64,000 nt of DNA, from positions 7,016 through 71,015 of the IMG/VR virus record IMGVR_UViG_3300015370_000014; one strand, 5' to 3'. The notes under the pieces are model-generated. The model ran no database searches and was not told the origin of the DNA. It saw only the letters and a list, made by a program, of their open reading frames with translations. Source of the stretch: a virus (lineage: Duplodnaviria > Caudoviricetes). Positions within the stretch are counted from its first letter, which is position 1; each line of letters starts with the position of its first letter. Below are positions 1 to 7,321 of the stretch, one piece after another. Both the position numbers and the translations under genes were made by a program.

Positions 1-140
1 TAGAGCCTGTCATATTTGATGGCAACTGGCACACAAAATTAGAAGGTGATTGGAACACCGTTTCTGTTGATGGAAATCTTTCCGCTCATGTGGAGGACAC
101 CATTTATGTATCTCCCGAGGGCCCAGTGGTTATAACTTAA
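1..140 (+). CDS. map: Methionine aminopeptidase, C-terminal fragment (gene starts upstream of the window)
   Basis: Frame from nt 3 reads EPVIFDGNWHTKLEGDWNTVSVDGNLSAHVEDTIYVSPEGPVVIT-stop (TAA 138-140). This matches the type I MetAP C-terminus (EP...DGW..T.D..LSA..EHT....G.EILT), with both metal-ligand glutamates present. Absent from the ORF track because it is truncated. Confidence 0.75.
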   Translation, partial: EPVIFDGNWHTKLEGDWNTVSVDGNLSAHVEDTIYVSPEGPVVIT

Positions 141-548
141 GTGTCGGCTCCTTATATAGCGCTTGCTATAGCTTTTGGTGCCACACTCTTCCTAGGGGTG
201 GGTATTTTGGCCAGGAATCATTACAAAGGTAGACCCTCCCGAATTCCAGAAGCGGAGCGGATAAGGTACCTTGAGGAGCAGAATGGGTATCTTGCTGCTC
301 AGAACAAATTACTGTTAGAAACACTTCATTCTTTGAAGGCTGTGTTGGACAGTAAGGTGTCTTTGGCCGGTCAAGCTGCCTCGCAAGGGGTCACTGAGAA
401 TACTGAGGAGGTGGAGCCTACTGTCTTCATTAACCCTATGTCTTCCGACTCCTCTATGGAGCGAAGTTTTACAGATTTAGGGGAGGTCAAGGAAGAAAAA
501 GTTTTAGGAGACCCAGTCGATAGATTACGTCGGCTACTTGGAAAATAA
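141..548 (+). CDS. Membrane-anchored coiled-coil protein
   Basis: N-terminal hydrophobic helix (YIALAIAFGATLFLGVGILA), then a heptad-like segment and an acidic tail; GTG start abuts the upstream stop. Confidence 0.7.
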   Translation: MSAPYIALAIAFGATLFLGVGILARNHYKGRPSRIPEAERIRYLEEQNGYLAAQNKLLLETLHSLKAVLDSKVSLAGQAASQGVTENTEEVEPTVFINPMSSDSSMERSFTDLGEVKEEKVLGDPVDRLRRLLGK

Positions 549-553
549 GCTTT

Positions 554-1945
554 GTGGGAGGGCTATGTGTGACAAGGTTACTACCTGTACTTTATGATGA
601 GTGGAACTACGAGAAAAATTTTGACTTAGGGATTAAACCAACAGAGCTTACTTCAGGCTCTCGTAAGAAGGTTTGGTGGCGTTGTGCTTTGGGCCACGAA
701 TGGCAAGCCTTTGTGTTTAATAGGTCTCGTGGCAAGGGCTGTCCGTATTGTGCAGGTAGAAAGGTATGCTTAGATAACTGCCTTGCCACAGTTAATCCTT
801 GTCTGACAATGGAGTGGGATTATAAAAATAACTTAGGCTCTGGGTGTTCACCCGAGTCAGTTACAATATCCTCCAATAAGATATTTTGGTGGAAGTGCCC
901 CAGGGAACATAGTTGGAAATCTACAGTGAACAACAGGTCGAGGGGCAAAGGATGCCCTTACTGTGCTGGACAGAAAGTATGTTACGACAATTGTCTTGCC
1001 ACAATTAATCCCGCACTGGCCGCAGAATGGAACTACGCTAAAAATTCTGATAAGTTTACGCCTGAAACAGTTACCCATAACTCTGGAAAGAGTGTTTGGT
1101 GGCAGTGCTTACTAGGGCATGAGTGGCGTGCTCTTATTAATGACAGAGCTAATGGCAGGGGGTGCCCGTACTGTGTGGGTAAAAAAGTGTGCGCAGATAA
1201 CTGCTTGGCTACGGTTAACCCACAGTTGGCCGCTGAGTGGCATCCTACAAGGGATGGTGTTGGATTAACACCAGGGGGAGTTACTGCGGGCTCACACAAA
1301 AGCGTTTGGTGGGTTTGTGAGAAGGGGCACTGGTGGAAGGCCGCTATTTATAATAGGGTGGCAGGAAGGGGGTGTCCGTATTGTGTGGGACAACTGGTAT
1401 GCTCGGACAATTGTCTTGCCACTATTAACCCACAGTTGGCCGCGGAATGGCATCCAACAAGGAATGGTGTTGGATTAACACCAGAATTCTTTACTAGAAA
1501 TTCAGGTAAGAGGGCATACTGGTTGTGTACCTCAGGTCACGAATGGTGTGCCACTATAGATAATAGGGCCTCAGGTACAGGCTGCCCCTACTGTGTTAGG
1601 AGTGCCGTTTCCAAAGTTTCGCAGCAATGGCTTGACTTGCTGGGAGTTTCTGAGGAAAATCGAGAGATTCTATTAAAGCTACCAGGTGAGGAAAGGAGTA
1701 TTAGGGTGGACGCTTTCGACCCCACCACAAATACTGTGTATGAGTTTCTCGGGGATTTTTGGCACGGGAATCCTGATGTGTTTGATTCGAAGAGTAGGAA
1801 CCCTATTAATAAGAGGACGTTTGGGTCCCTTTATAACCGAACAATGCGGCGTTTAGCTAAAATTAGTGGCGCAGGGTATAACCTGCTATTTATTTGGGAA
1901 AAGGATTTTAACTCTCAAAAGAGGTATAATTATGCGTGGTCTTGA
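554..1945 (+). CDS. Zinc-ribbon repeat (DUF4379-like, 5 repeats) Vsr/EDxHD-like putative homing endonuclease
   Basis: Five ~70-aa repeats EW..KN...P..V...S.K.VWW.C..GH.W......R..G.GCPYC, then nuclease motif VDAFDP..NTVYEFLGDFWHGNP...IWEKD. True start may be GTG 569, after GGAGGG. Confidence 0.8.
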   Translation: MGGLCVTRLLPVLYDEWNYEKNFDLGIKPTELTSGSRKKVWWRCALGHEWQAFVFNRSRGKGCPYCAGRKVCLDNCLATVNPCLTMEWDYKNNLGSGCSPESVTISSNKIFWWKCPREHSWKSTVNNRSRGKGCPYCAGQKVCYDNCLATINPALAAEWNYAKNSDKFTPETVTHNSGKSVWWQCLLGHEWRALINDRANGRGCPYCVGKKVCADNCLATVNPQLAAEWHPTRDGVGLTPGGVTAGSHKSVWWVCEKGHWWKAAIYNRVAGRGCPYCVGQLVCSDNCLATINPQLAAEWHPTRNGVGLTPEFFTRNSGKRAYWLCTSGHEWCATIDNRASGTGCPYCVRSAVSKVSQQWLDLLGVSEENREILLKLPGEERSIRVDAFDPTTNTVYEFLGDFWHGNPDVFDSKSRNPINKRTFGSLYNRTMRRLAKISGAGYNLLFIWEKDFNSQKRYNYAWS

Positions 1946-2915
1946 TGTTGGTACTGTTTTTATAGTTAGTTGTAAAAAAGATGGTGATACTCTTGTATAT
2001 AAAAGTCAGCGCGACGGGTTTTTCACCATTGACTCCGAAACTCCCATAAATGCTAAGTTTATAGAACAGGCGCTTATAAAATCTGGAGCACAGTTCTTTA
2101 AGAAAGACGGGCGATTTTATGTCATAGGTACTGATGCTTTAGAAAAGGCATTAGAGAGGCGGTCTGTGTTACAGCGCCCTTTACATCAGGGTGTTATTAA
2201 TTCTAGAGAGCCAGAGGCTCTTGAGATGATTAAGCATATCATTGGAGGTGTTCTTGGTGCACCCGAGAGCGAGAACGAAAAATGTGTTTACTCTGTGCCT
2301 GAAAAGCCAATAGACCAGAATTTTGATGTTGTGTACCATGAGAACATTTTGAATGCTATTTTGAAAGACTTAGGATTTTTGGGGTGCCACTTAAACGAAG
2401 CTACTGCTGTGGCATACGCTGAACTTATGGATGTAGGTCTCACAGGAATCTCTATTAGTTTTGGTGGCGGTATGTCCAACTTTGCTATAATGGCTTCCGG
2501 TAAAAGCGAGGCGCTTTTTTCTGTAGCCAAAGGAGGGGATTGGATTGATGAGAAGGTAGCCGTTAGTTTGGGACTTACTCCTACCTTAGTACAAATGGAG
2601 AAGGAGCAAGGGTTAAATTTACAAAATCCTTCAGGTAAAGTTCAGGAAGCACTCACCATCTATTATAAGCATTTTATTAGGGTTGTTATTAAAGAGGCAG
2701 CTAATAGGCTTCATTCGATTGTTGCTCTTCCGAAATTCACATCTGCAGTCCCTGTTGTAATTTCTGGCGGCACCTCTATGCCAGAGGGGTTTGTTGATGA
2801 GTTTAAGCTTAGCCTCGCAGAGAGTGGGTTCTCTATCCCAGTCTCAGATGTTCGTCGCGTGGCTTCTCCTTTGGAGACAGTAGCGAAAGGATGTTATTTA
2901 GCAGCCTCCCTATAA
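1932..2915 (+). CDS. Actin-like ATPase (MreB/MamK/FtsA superfamily)
   Basis: Phosphate-1 GLDVGT at the N-terminus, connect-1 LNEATAVAY, phosphate-2 ISFGGGMSN, adenosine VVISGGTS, C-terminal VAKG. ATG 1932 follows GAGG, so I prefer it to the ORF-track start at 1866. Confidence 0.85.
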   Translation: MRGLDVGTVFIVSCKKDGDTLVYKSQRDGFFTIDSETPINAKFIEQALIKSGAQFFKKDGRFYVIGTDALEKALERRSVLQRPLHQGVINSREPEALEMIKHIIGGVLGAPESENEKCVYSVPEKPIDQNFDVVYHENILNAILKDLGFLGCHLNEATAVAYAELMDVGLTGISISFGGGMSNFAIMASGKSEALFSVAKGGDWIDEKVAVSLGLTPTLVQMEKEQGLNLQNPSGKVQEALTIYYKHFIRVVIKEAANRLHSIVALPKFTSAVPVVISGGTSMPEGFVDEFKLSLAESGFSIPVSDVRRVASPLETVAKGCYLAASL

Positions 2916-2930
2916 CTGTACGGAGGCATT

Positions 2931-3764
2931 ATGGGAACGTTATTTAGACTAATCATTTCAGCCATTTTCTTGCTTAGTTTCACCAGCTCTTGCGTGGTAG
3001 GTGTAGGACTGCGTTCTTCTTACCGCGCCGAAGTTTTTGACAGCCAGTCTTTTGTGCCCAGTGCGCTAAAGCGTACCGTACTTGTAAGACTGATATGCAG
3101 CGTTCCCAGTAAGTCTATAGTTTTTGAGAACGGTACCCTAACCATTAAAGACGTTGTTGTAAAGCGCCAGGCAGCGGGTTCAGGCGTTATTCTTAAGTCG
3201 TATGTAAACAGCTCATATATTCTTACTGCTGCTCATGTAGTAGCCCCCCTTAAGCGATATAAGTGTGATATGGCGGTGTTTAAGTACTCAGACAGATGTT
3301 TGAAGCACCCAATTCCTGCGGAGCTTGTTAAGGCCGACTACGAAGCAGACCTAGCAGTTGTTGGTGTCAAAACATCCTTGGGTGTGAATACAAAGGTTGC
3401 TTGGGTTAGTCACGTAGGCGAGCCTGTTACGGTGGTTGGGTTTCCTTCTTCATACAGTAACGTTAGGATTAAGAAGTACGGACTTGTTGAGTCTGCCTCT
3501 GTTACGACTGGTGTTGTGGCCTCAATCCTCTACAAGGATGGTACTCCCTACGACTTAAGGCTGACTGCTGTAGCGTATTTTGGAAACTCTGGTGGTCCTG
3601 TTTTTAATGCGTGTGGTGAGGTCCTTGGTGTGGTTGCGTATTTTTACGGTGTAAATACTGGAGATGGTGGTGCAATAGCTTACCACGCAGCGTTTTTTGC
3701 GGTGGCGCATAGTCGTATCGCTACCTTTTTTAACAAAATGGGGTTAAATCACCTACTTAACTAG
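2931..3764 (+). CDS. Trypsin-like serine protease, probable lipoprotein
   Basis: Catalytic triad motifs ILTAAHV, DLAVV and FGNSGGPVFN; signal peptide ending FTSSC (lipobox-like). Confidence 0.85.
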   Translation: MGTLFRLIISAIFLLSFTSSCVVGVGLRSSYRAEVFDSQSFVPSALKRTVLVRLICSVPSKSIVFENGTLTIKDVVVKRQAAGSGVILKSYVNSSYILTAAHVVAPLKRYKCDMAVFKYSDRCLKHPIPAELVKADYEADLAVVGVKTSLGVNTKVAWVSHVGEPVTVVGFPSSYSNVRIKKYGLVESASVTTGVVASILYKDGTPYDLRLTAVAYFGNSGGPVFNACGEVLGVVAYFYGVNTGDGGAIAYHAAFFAVAHSRIATFFNKMGLNHLLN

Positions 3765-3902
3765 TAGGGGTTTACATTTCAGTATTTTTTGTTTATTCCT
3801 AGTTAGGAATATGGCTTGGGATAGGTATACCAAGCTATTTTTCTAATGGTTGAGTGTAAGTATTCGAAGCCACTAATAGGGGCTATCATCAGGAGACGTA
3901 CG

Positions 3903-4148
3903 ATGTCAGAAGATTGTGAAGTGATTGGAACTGGGTTTTGCGGTCGCGTGAAGTTTTTTAACGACGGGAAGGGTTTTGGTTTTATTTTGGGCGAGGGATA
4001 CGATGGAGACATCTTTGTCCACTACAAGTTTATTGAACCCGGTGTAGAAGGGTTTAAGACCTTGAAGGAAAATGAACGTGTCCAATACACTCTTGTTAAA
4101 ACCGCTCGCGGCCACCAGGCACAGGATGTACGGAAGTTGAAAGATTAA
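3903..4148 (+). CDS. csp: Cold-shock domain protein
   Basis: GRVKFFNDGKGFGFI (RNP1), DIFVHYKFI (RNP2), GFKTLKENERVQY and GHQAQDV; AGGAG precedes ATG 3903. Confidence 0.95.
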   Translation: MSEDCEVIGTGFCGRVKFFNDGKGFGFILGEGYDGDIFVHYKFIEPGVEGFKTLKENERVQYTLVKTARGHQAQDVRKLKD

Positions 4149-4151
4149 CAA

Positions 4152-4589
4152 ATGAATCTGGGCGCGGCTAAGTTTAAGCTGGGTAGATTGGAGCAGGAGC
4201 TCGCCGCTGCTAAACGATGGGTTAGTAGTGGTGCTTCACATTCGGTGGAAGAGATAGCCTCTAATGTCGCTTTTTTGCAGAGCAGGTCTTCCCAGATAAG
4301 GAGCACCAAGCTTGCTATCGCCAAAGCCAAGCTAACATCGTTTTCTGACCTGGGTGATATGACCATCCTAGAGGCAGAGCTTTTGATTGACGAGATGCGG
4401 GGGTTAGCCAGTACAAACTTGGATTTGGGAATACACCTTTCTCAGATGATAAGGGGAGGTTCCTTGCCCGCTGGGGGCATCCAAATCTCTAAGTACTTCG
4501 AGGAGTACAGGCGCCTACTGGAAGTTTGTTCAGTTTTTCAAGAGAAGTTGGCGCTGCTTGATTTGACTATTGAAGTTAACCTGCCCTGA
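4152..4589 (+). CDS. Hypothetical helical protein
   Basis: 145-aa ORF packed directly after csp; no recognisable motif. Confidence 0.65.
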   Translation: MNLGAAKFKLGRLEQELAAAKRWVSSGASHSVEEIASNVAFLQSRSSQIRSTKLAIAKAKLTSFSDLGDMTILEAELLIDEMRGLASTNLDLGIHLSQMIRGGSLPAGGIQISKYFEEYRRLLEVCSVFQEKLALLDLTIEVNLP

Positions 4590-4643
4590 TAGTGGGGCTT
4601 ACTCTGGCCGAGTAAAAATATTTAAATCCTATAGGAGGATGCT

Positions 4644-4811
4644 ATGGTACACAGTTTCTACGTTATTAAGAATGGCGCAGCGAAGTCCGTGGACAACTAC
4701 ACGGCTCCGAAGAAGACTAACAGTGCGCACGGTTCACCGGCAGCTGAGGTTGTTGGTACTACGCGCAAGGCTAATACTCTGAGGAGCGGCTCTGTTGCAG
4801 CGGGCGGCTAA
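4644..4811 (+). CDS. Small basic 55-aa protein (not in ORF track)
   Basis: AGGAGG then ATG 4644: MVHSFYVIKNGAAKSVDNYTAPKKTNSAHGSPAAEVVGTTRKANTLRSGSVAAGG-stop, followed immediately by a long hairpin. Confidence 0.7.
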   Translation: MVHSFYVIKNGAAKSVDNYTAPKKTNSAHGSPAAEVVGTTRKANTLRSGSVAAGG

Positions 4812-4818
4812 CTGAAAA

Positions 4819-4854
4819 GCTAAAGACCAGCCACTTCGGTAGCTGGTCTTTAGC
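4819..4854. terminator. Long hairpin with a C(UUCG)G tetraloop
   Basis: GCTAAAGACCAGC (4819-4831) pairs perfectly with GCTGGTCTTTAGC (4842-4854) around CAC-TTCG-GTA. The upstream AAAA gives a U-tract on the minus strand; there is no clear U-tract after the stem on the plus strand. Confidence 0.6.
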
Positions 4855-4868
4855 ACAGGAGTTTTTTT

Positions 4869-5204
4869 ATGAAGGTATACTTAGGTAAGTTAGTAGGGGT
4901 ACTGCTGGTAGCTGGTCTTGTGGCAGCTTGTGCTCTCGCAGGCTACACCACTGTTAAATACCCCTCAATTACGGCGGTGGAATCCTCAAGGATTTCTAAC
5001 TTCAACAAGTTGAATGTGACTATCTCTAACCCGTACATTAGGCCGGTTTGGGTAAGGCTGGTTTGCTGCCCAGCGGGTGTGGCGTGTACTGCAGCGAAAT
5101 CCGTGAGTACAAAGGTTTACATAAAGTCTCGGTCTGATAAGGTGGTTTCCATTGTTCCTGATGTTTCGCAAGGAGCAGTGACATGTTACATAGAGTCCTA
5201 CTAG
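4869..5204 (+). CDS. Putative lipoprotein with an Ig-like beta-rich domain
   Basis: Signal peptide MKVYLGKLVGVLLVAGLVAAC (lipobox-like), AGGAG RBS, beta-rich Cys-containing mature part. Confidence 0.65.
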   Translation: MKVYLGKLVGVLLVAGLVAACALAGYTTVKYPSITAVESSRISNFNKLNVTISNPYIRPVWVRLVCCPAGVACTAAKSVSTKVYIKSRSDKVVSIVPDVSQGAVTCYIESY

Positions 5205-5695
5205 TTTTTTTCTTGGCGGCTACCTGTGCCTGTCCCCTTCCCTCCCCTATGTACTCAAGCTACGTTAATTCTACATCCAGTTATATCAATCAGATTTCGA
5301 GTGGTAATACTCCCGGCGCGCCCTCGCCCGCCGAGGTAGATAGGGCTCTTGGTGTGTTTGTAGAGGTTTGTGGTACTAAGTACGGTGTAGATAAATGTAA
5401 AGCAGCTATTTACGCAGTTAAATTGGAGTGGTCCGGTGTTGTAGCCCCAAGCCCTTCTACAGGTGTTCTAACTACAGTAGTGGTGTATGGTGGTGTTTTA
5501 TATGCAGGCCTCAACGTGGGCAACTTTGTAATGGTAGCCTGGCGCGGTAAAATAAGTCGCTCCGCCTTGGTACACGAGCTATGCCACGTAGTAGGTGCTA
5601 ACATCTTAGGGGACCCCAACCCCAACCACACTAATGTAGCGCTCGCGCAGCTGGAGCAGGATACAAATATCCGACTAGGTACACTTGGCTTATAG
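5183..5695 (+). CDS. Putative lipoprotein zinc metallopeptidase (HExxH)
   Basis: Signal peptide MLHRVLLVFFLAATCAC; ALVHELCHVVG zincin motif with a downstream His (PNPNH); AGGAG RBS. Confidence 0.65.
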   Translation: MLHRVLLVFFLAATCACPLPSPMYSSYVNSTSSYINQISSGNTPGAPSPAEVDRALGVFVEVCGTKYGVDKCKAAIYAVKLEWSGVVAPSPSTGVLTTVVVYGGVLYAGLNVGNFVMVAWRGKISRSALVHELCHVVGANILGDPNPNHTNVALAQLEQDTNIRLGTLGL

Positions 5696-5713
5696 TATGT
5701 TAGGAGGTTTTGT

Positions 5714-6385
5714 ATGATTATTGGATTTGGTTATAAGGCGGGTGCTGGTAAGGATACTTCAGGTGATTACTTGGTTTCCAAGTACGGATTTGTGAAAGAT
5801 AGTTTTGCTGGGACTCTAAAAGCCTTATGTAAGAGTGTGCTTGGGCTTAGTGAGTTCGATGTAAACGACTCACGCGGAAAAGCGATACCGTTTGACAGGC
5901 CTCTTGTGGTTACCGAAGTTTTGTACTATAAGCTGTACTCTGCTGTTTTAAAGTCCCTGCTCTCTTGTGAGGTTGATGTGGATTTACCTTTTCCTGAGCA
6001 GTCTTCTAAGGTTTTGTATACACCGCGCGAGGTGTTGCAGTTTATCGGCACAGATATCATTCGGCAAATTTACCCACGGTTCCACGTAGATACGCTACTC
6101 TACAGGTGTGCACACAGGCCTGCGGGGACTGTCATATGTGATATTAGGTTTCCGGATGAGAAGAAGGCCATTGAATCTGCCGGAGGTATTACAGTTAAAC
6201 TGTGTAGGGAATCCTATTTGAGTGGTAGCACTGCGAGCCATATATCCGAGAATGCACTTAATGGTGCAGTATGGCAGTATGTAATACAGAACGACAGTAG
6301 CTTGGGCTACTTGTACTCACAGCTGGATATCCTGGTGGGAGGGCTCCAAGATGGACGACAATGTTATAAGAAGGAGGACTGTTAG
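5714..6385 (+). CDS. Deoxynucleoside monophosphate kinase (T4 gp1-like)
   Basis: MIIGFGYKAGAGKDT P-loop, SFAGTLK, TPREVLQFIGTD, ICDIRFPDE, HISE; AGGAGG RBS. Confidence 0.9.
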   Translation: MIIGFGYKAGAGKDTSGDYLVSKYGFVKDSFAGTLKALCKSVLGLSEFDVNDSRGKAIPFDRPLVVTEVLYYKLYSAVLKSLLSCEVDVDLPFPEQSSKVLYTPREVLQFIGTDIIRQIYPRFHVDTLLYRCAHRPAGTVICDIRFPDEKKAIESAGGITVKLCRESYLSGSTASHISENALNGAVWQYVIQNDSSLGYLYSQLDILVGGLQDGRQCYKKEDC

Positions 6386-6539
6386 GCTTTCTGATATTCA
6401 CCGTACGTTCGATGTTGATACCGCTGATAGGTTTAGGTCTTATAGAGGTAAGTACCCACAAGAAGGGTATGTTCCAGGTACGAGTAACCCCTTCAGGGAA
6501 CTGGTAGACACCAAGACACCACCACCCTTTAGGGACTAG
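6351..6539 (+). CDS. Hypothetical protein
   Basis: 62-aa ORF with GGAGGG RBS filling the gap between the kinase and the next gene. Confidence 0.55.
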   Translation: MDDNVIRRRTVRLSDIHRTFDVDTADRFRSYRGKYPQEGYVPGTSNPFRELVDTKTPPPFRD

Positions 6540-6548
6540 GAGATTTTT

Positions 6549-6806
6549 ATGGTACGAGAAGCACCTAATAAGCAGACTCGTGGTGATAGAGCTTACAGGG
6601 AGATGATTGCCCGGGGGGAGCGGGAGGCTGCCTCAAAGAATCTTCCTTTTAACTTTTCGAAACCGCCAAAACCACTAGGTAGATGTGTTAGTGTCTGGTG
6701 TCCTACCTGTGGAACTACTGCTTCGGTTACTAAGACAACCATAATGGTTGGGTGCCCTAAATGTAACGTTTTGTACGATGTTACTTCTGAGAATAGTTCT
6801 TACTAG
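6549..6806 (+). CDS. Small zinc-finger protein
   Basis: CPTCG...CPKCN pairs; AGGAG RBS. Confidence 0.7.
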   Translation: MVREAPNKQTRGDRAYREMIARGEREAASKNLPFNFSKPPKPLGRCVSVWCPTCGTTASVTKTTIMVGCPKCNVLYDVTSENSSY

Positions 6807-6818
6807 GTTTGGTGGTTT

Positions 6819-7319
6819 ATGGCTTATCAGTGGCATATTTGGGTTATTAGAAAGAGCAAGTTTGTTGATGCTGTTCGTCTGTTGGATAGTATACCCGAGG
6901 TTAGGGACTACTTGTATCCTACTGCTATCGAGGAGTACAAGACTAAGGGGGGTAAGAATCGCACTAAAGTGGTACCACTGTACTCAGGGTACATCTACAT
7001 CAATTACTGTAGTCACCCAGAAGTATTTCAGCTTCTCAAGGCCTCCCCATTTTTTACTACTTACACGGGTGTTTGCTCAGAGATAGAGGCCGCTCGAGTT
7101 CGTGAAGTAAAACGTCTGGAGGAATGGAAGGTTTCCTCCAATAAATCGTTTTCTGTTGATGATTTTGTTGTCATAAACGCCGGTCCCTTCAAGGGGTTTT
7201 CTGGTAGGGTAGTGCGTGTATCTTCTACTGAGCTTCATGTGATGCTGGAAATTTTTGGCAGAAGAGCCGATACTTCTGTGAACAAGACAGACGCGGATAT
7301 CATAACCGCCGAGGCCTAA
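6819..7319 (+). CDS. nusG: NusG-family transcription elongation/antitermination factor
   Basis: NGN domain (W.I, YLYPT, PLYSGYIYIN) and bacterial-type KOW domain (FSVDDFVVINAGPFKGFSGRV...LEIFGR). Confidence 0.9.
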   Translation: MAYQWHIWVIRKSKFVDAVRLLDSIPEVRDYLYPTAIEEYKTKGGKNRTKVVPLYSGYIYINYCSHPEVFQLLKASPFFTTYTGVCSEIEAARVREVKRLEEWKVSSNKSFSVDDFVVINAGPFKGFSGRVVRVSSTELHVMLEIFGRRADTSVNKTDADIITAEA

Positions 7320-7321
7320 CA

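Noticed and set aside
3765-3902. Cold-shock-type structured 5' UTR or sigma70 promoter before csp
   Set aside because: Only short hairpins (ATTCCTA/TAGGAAT, GCTTGG/CCAAGC) and a TTTACA without a good -10 at the proper spacing; too weak to call.
4570-4782. ORF-track calls 4570-4782 and 45868-46200
   Set aside because: Alternative-frame ORFs with proper AGGAG(G) spacing (4644-4811 and 46122-46289) explain these gaps better.
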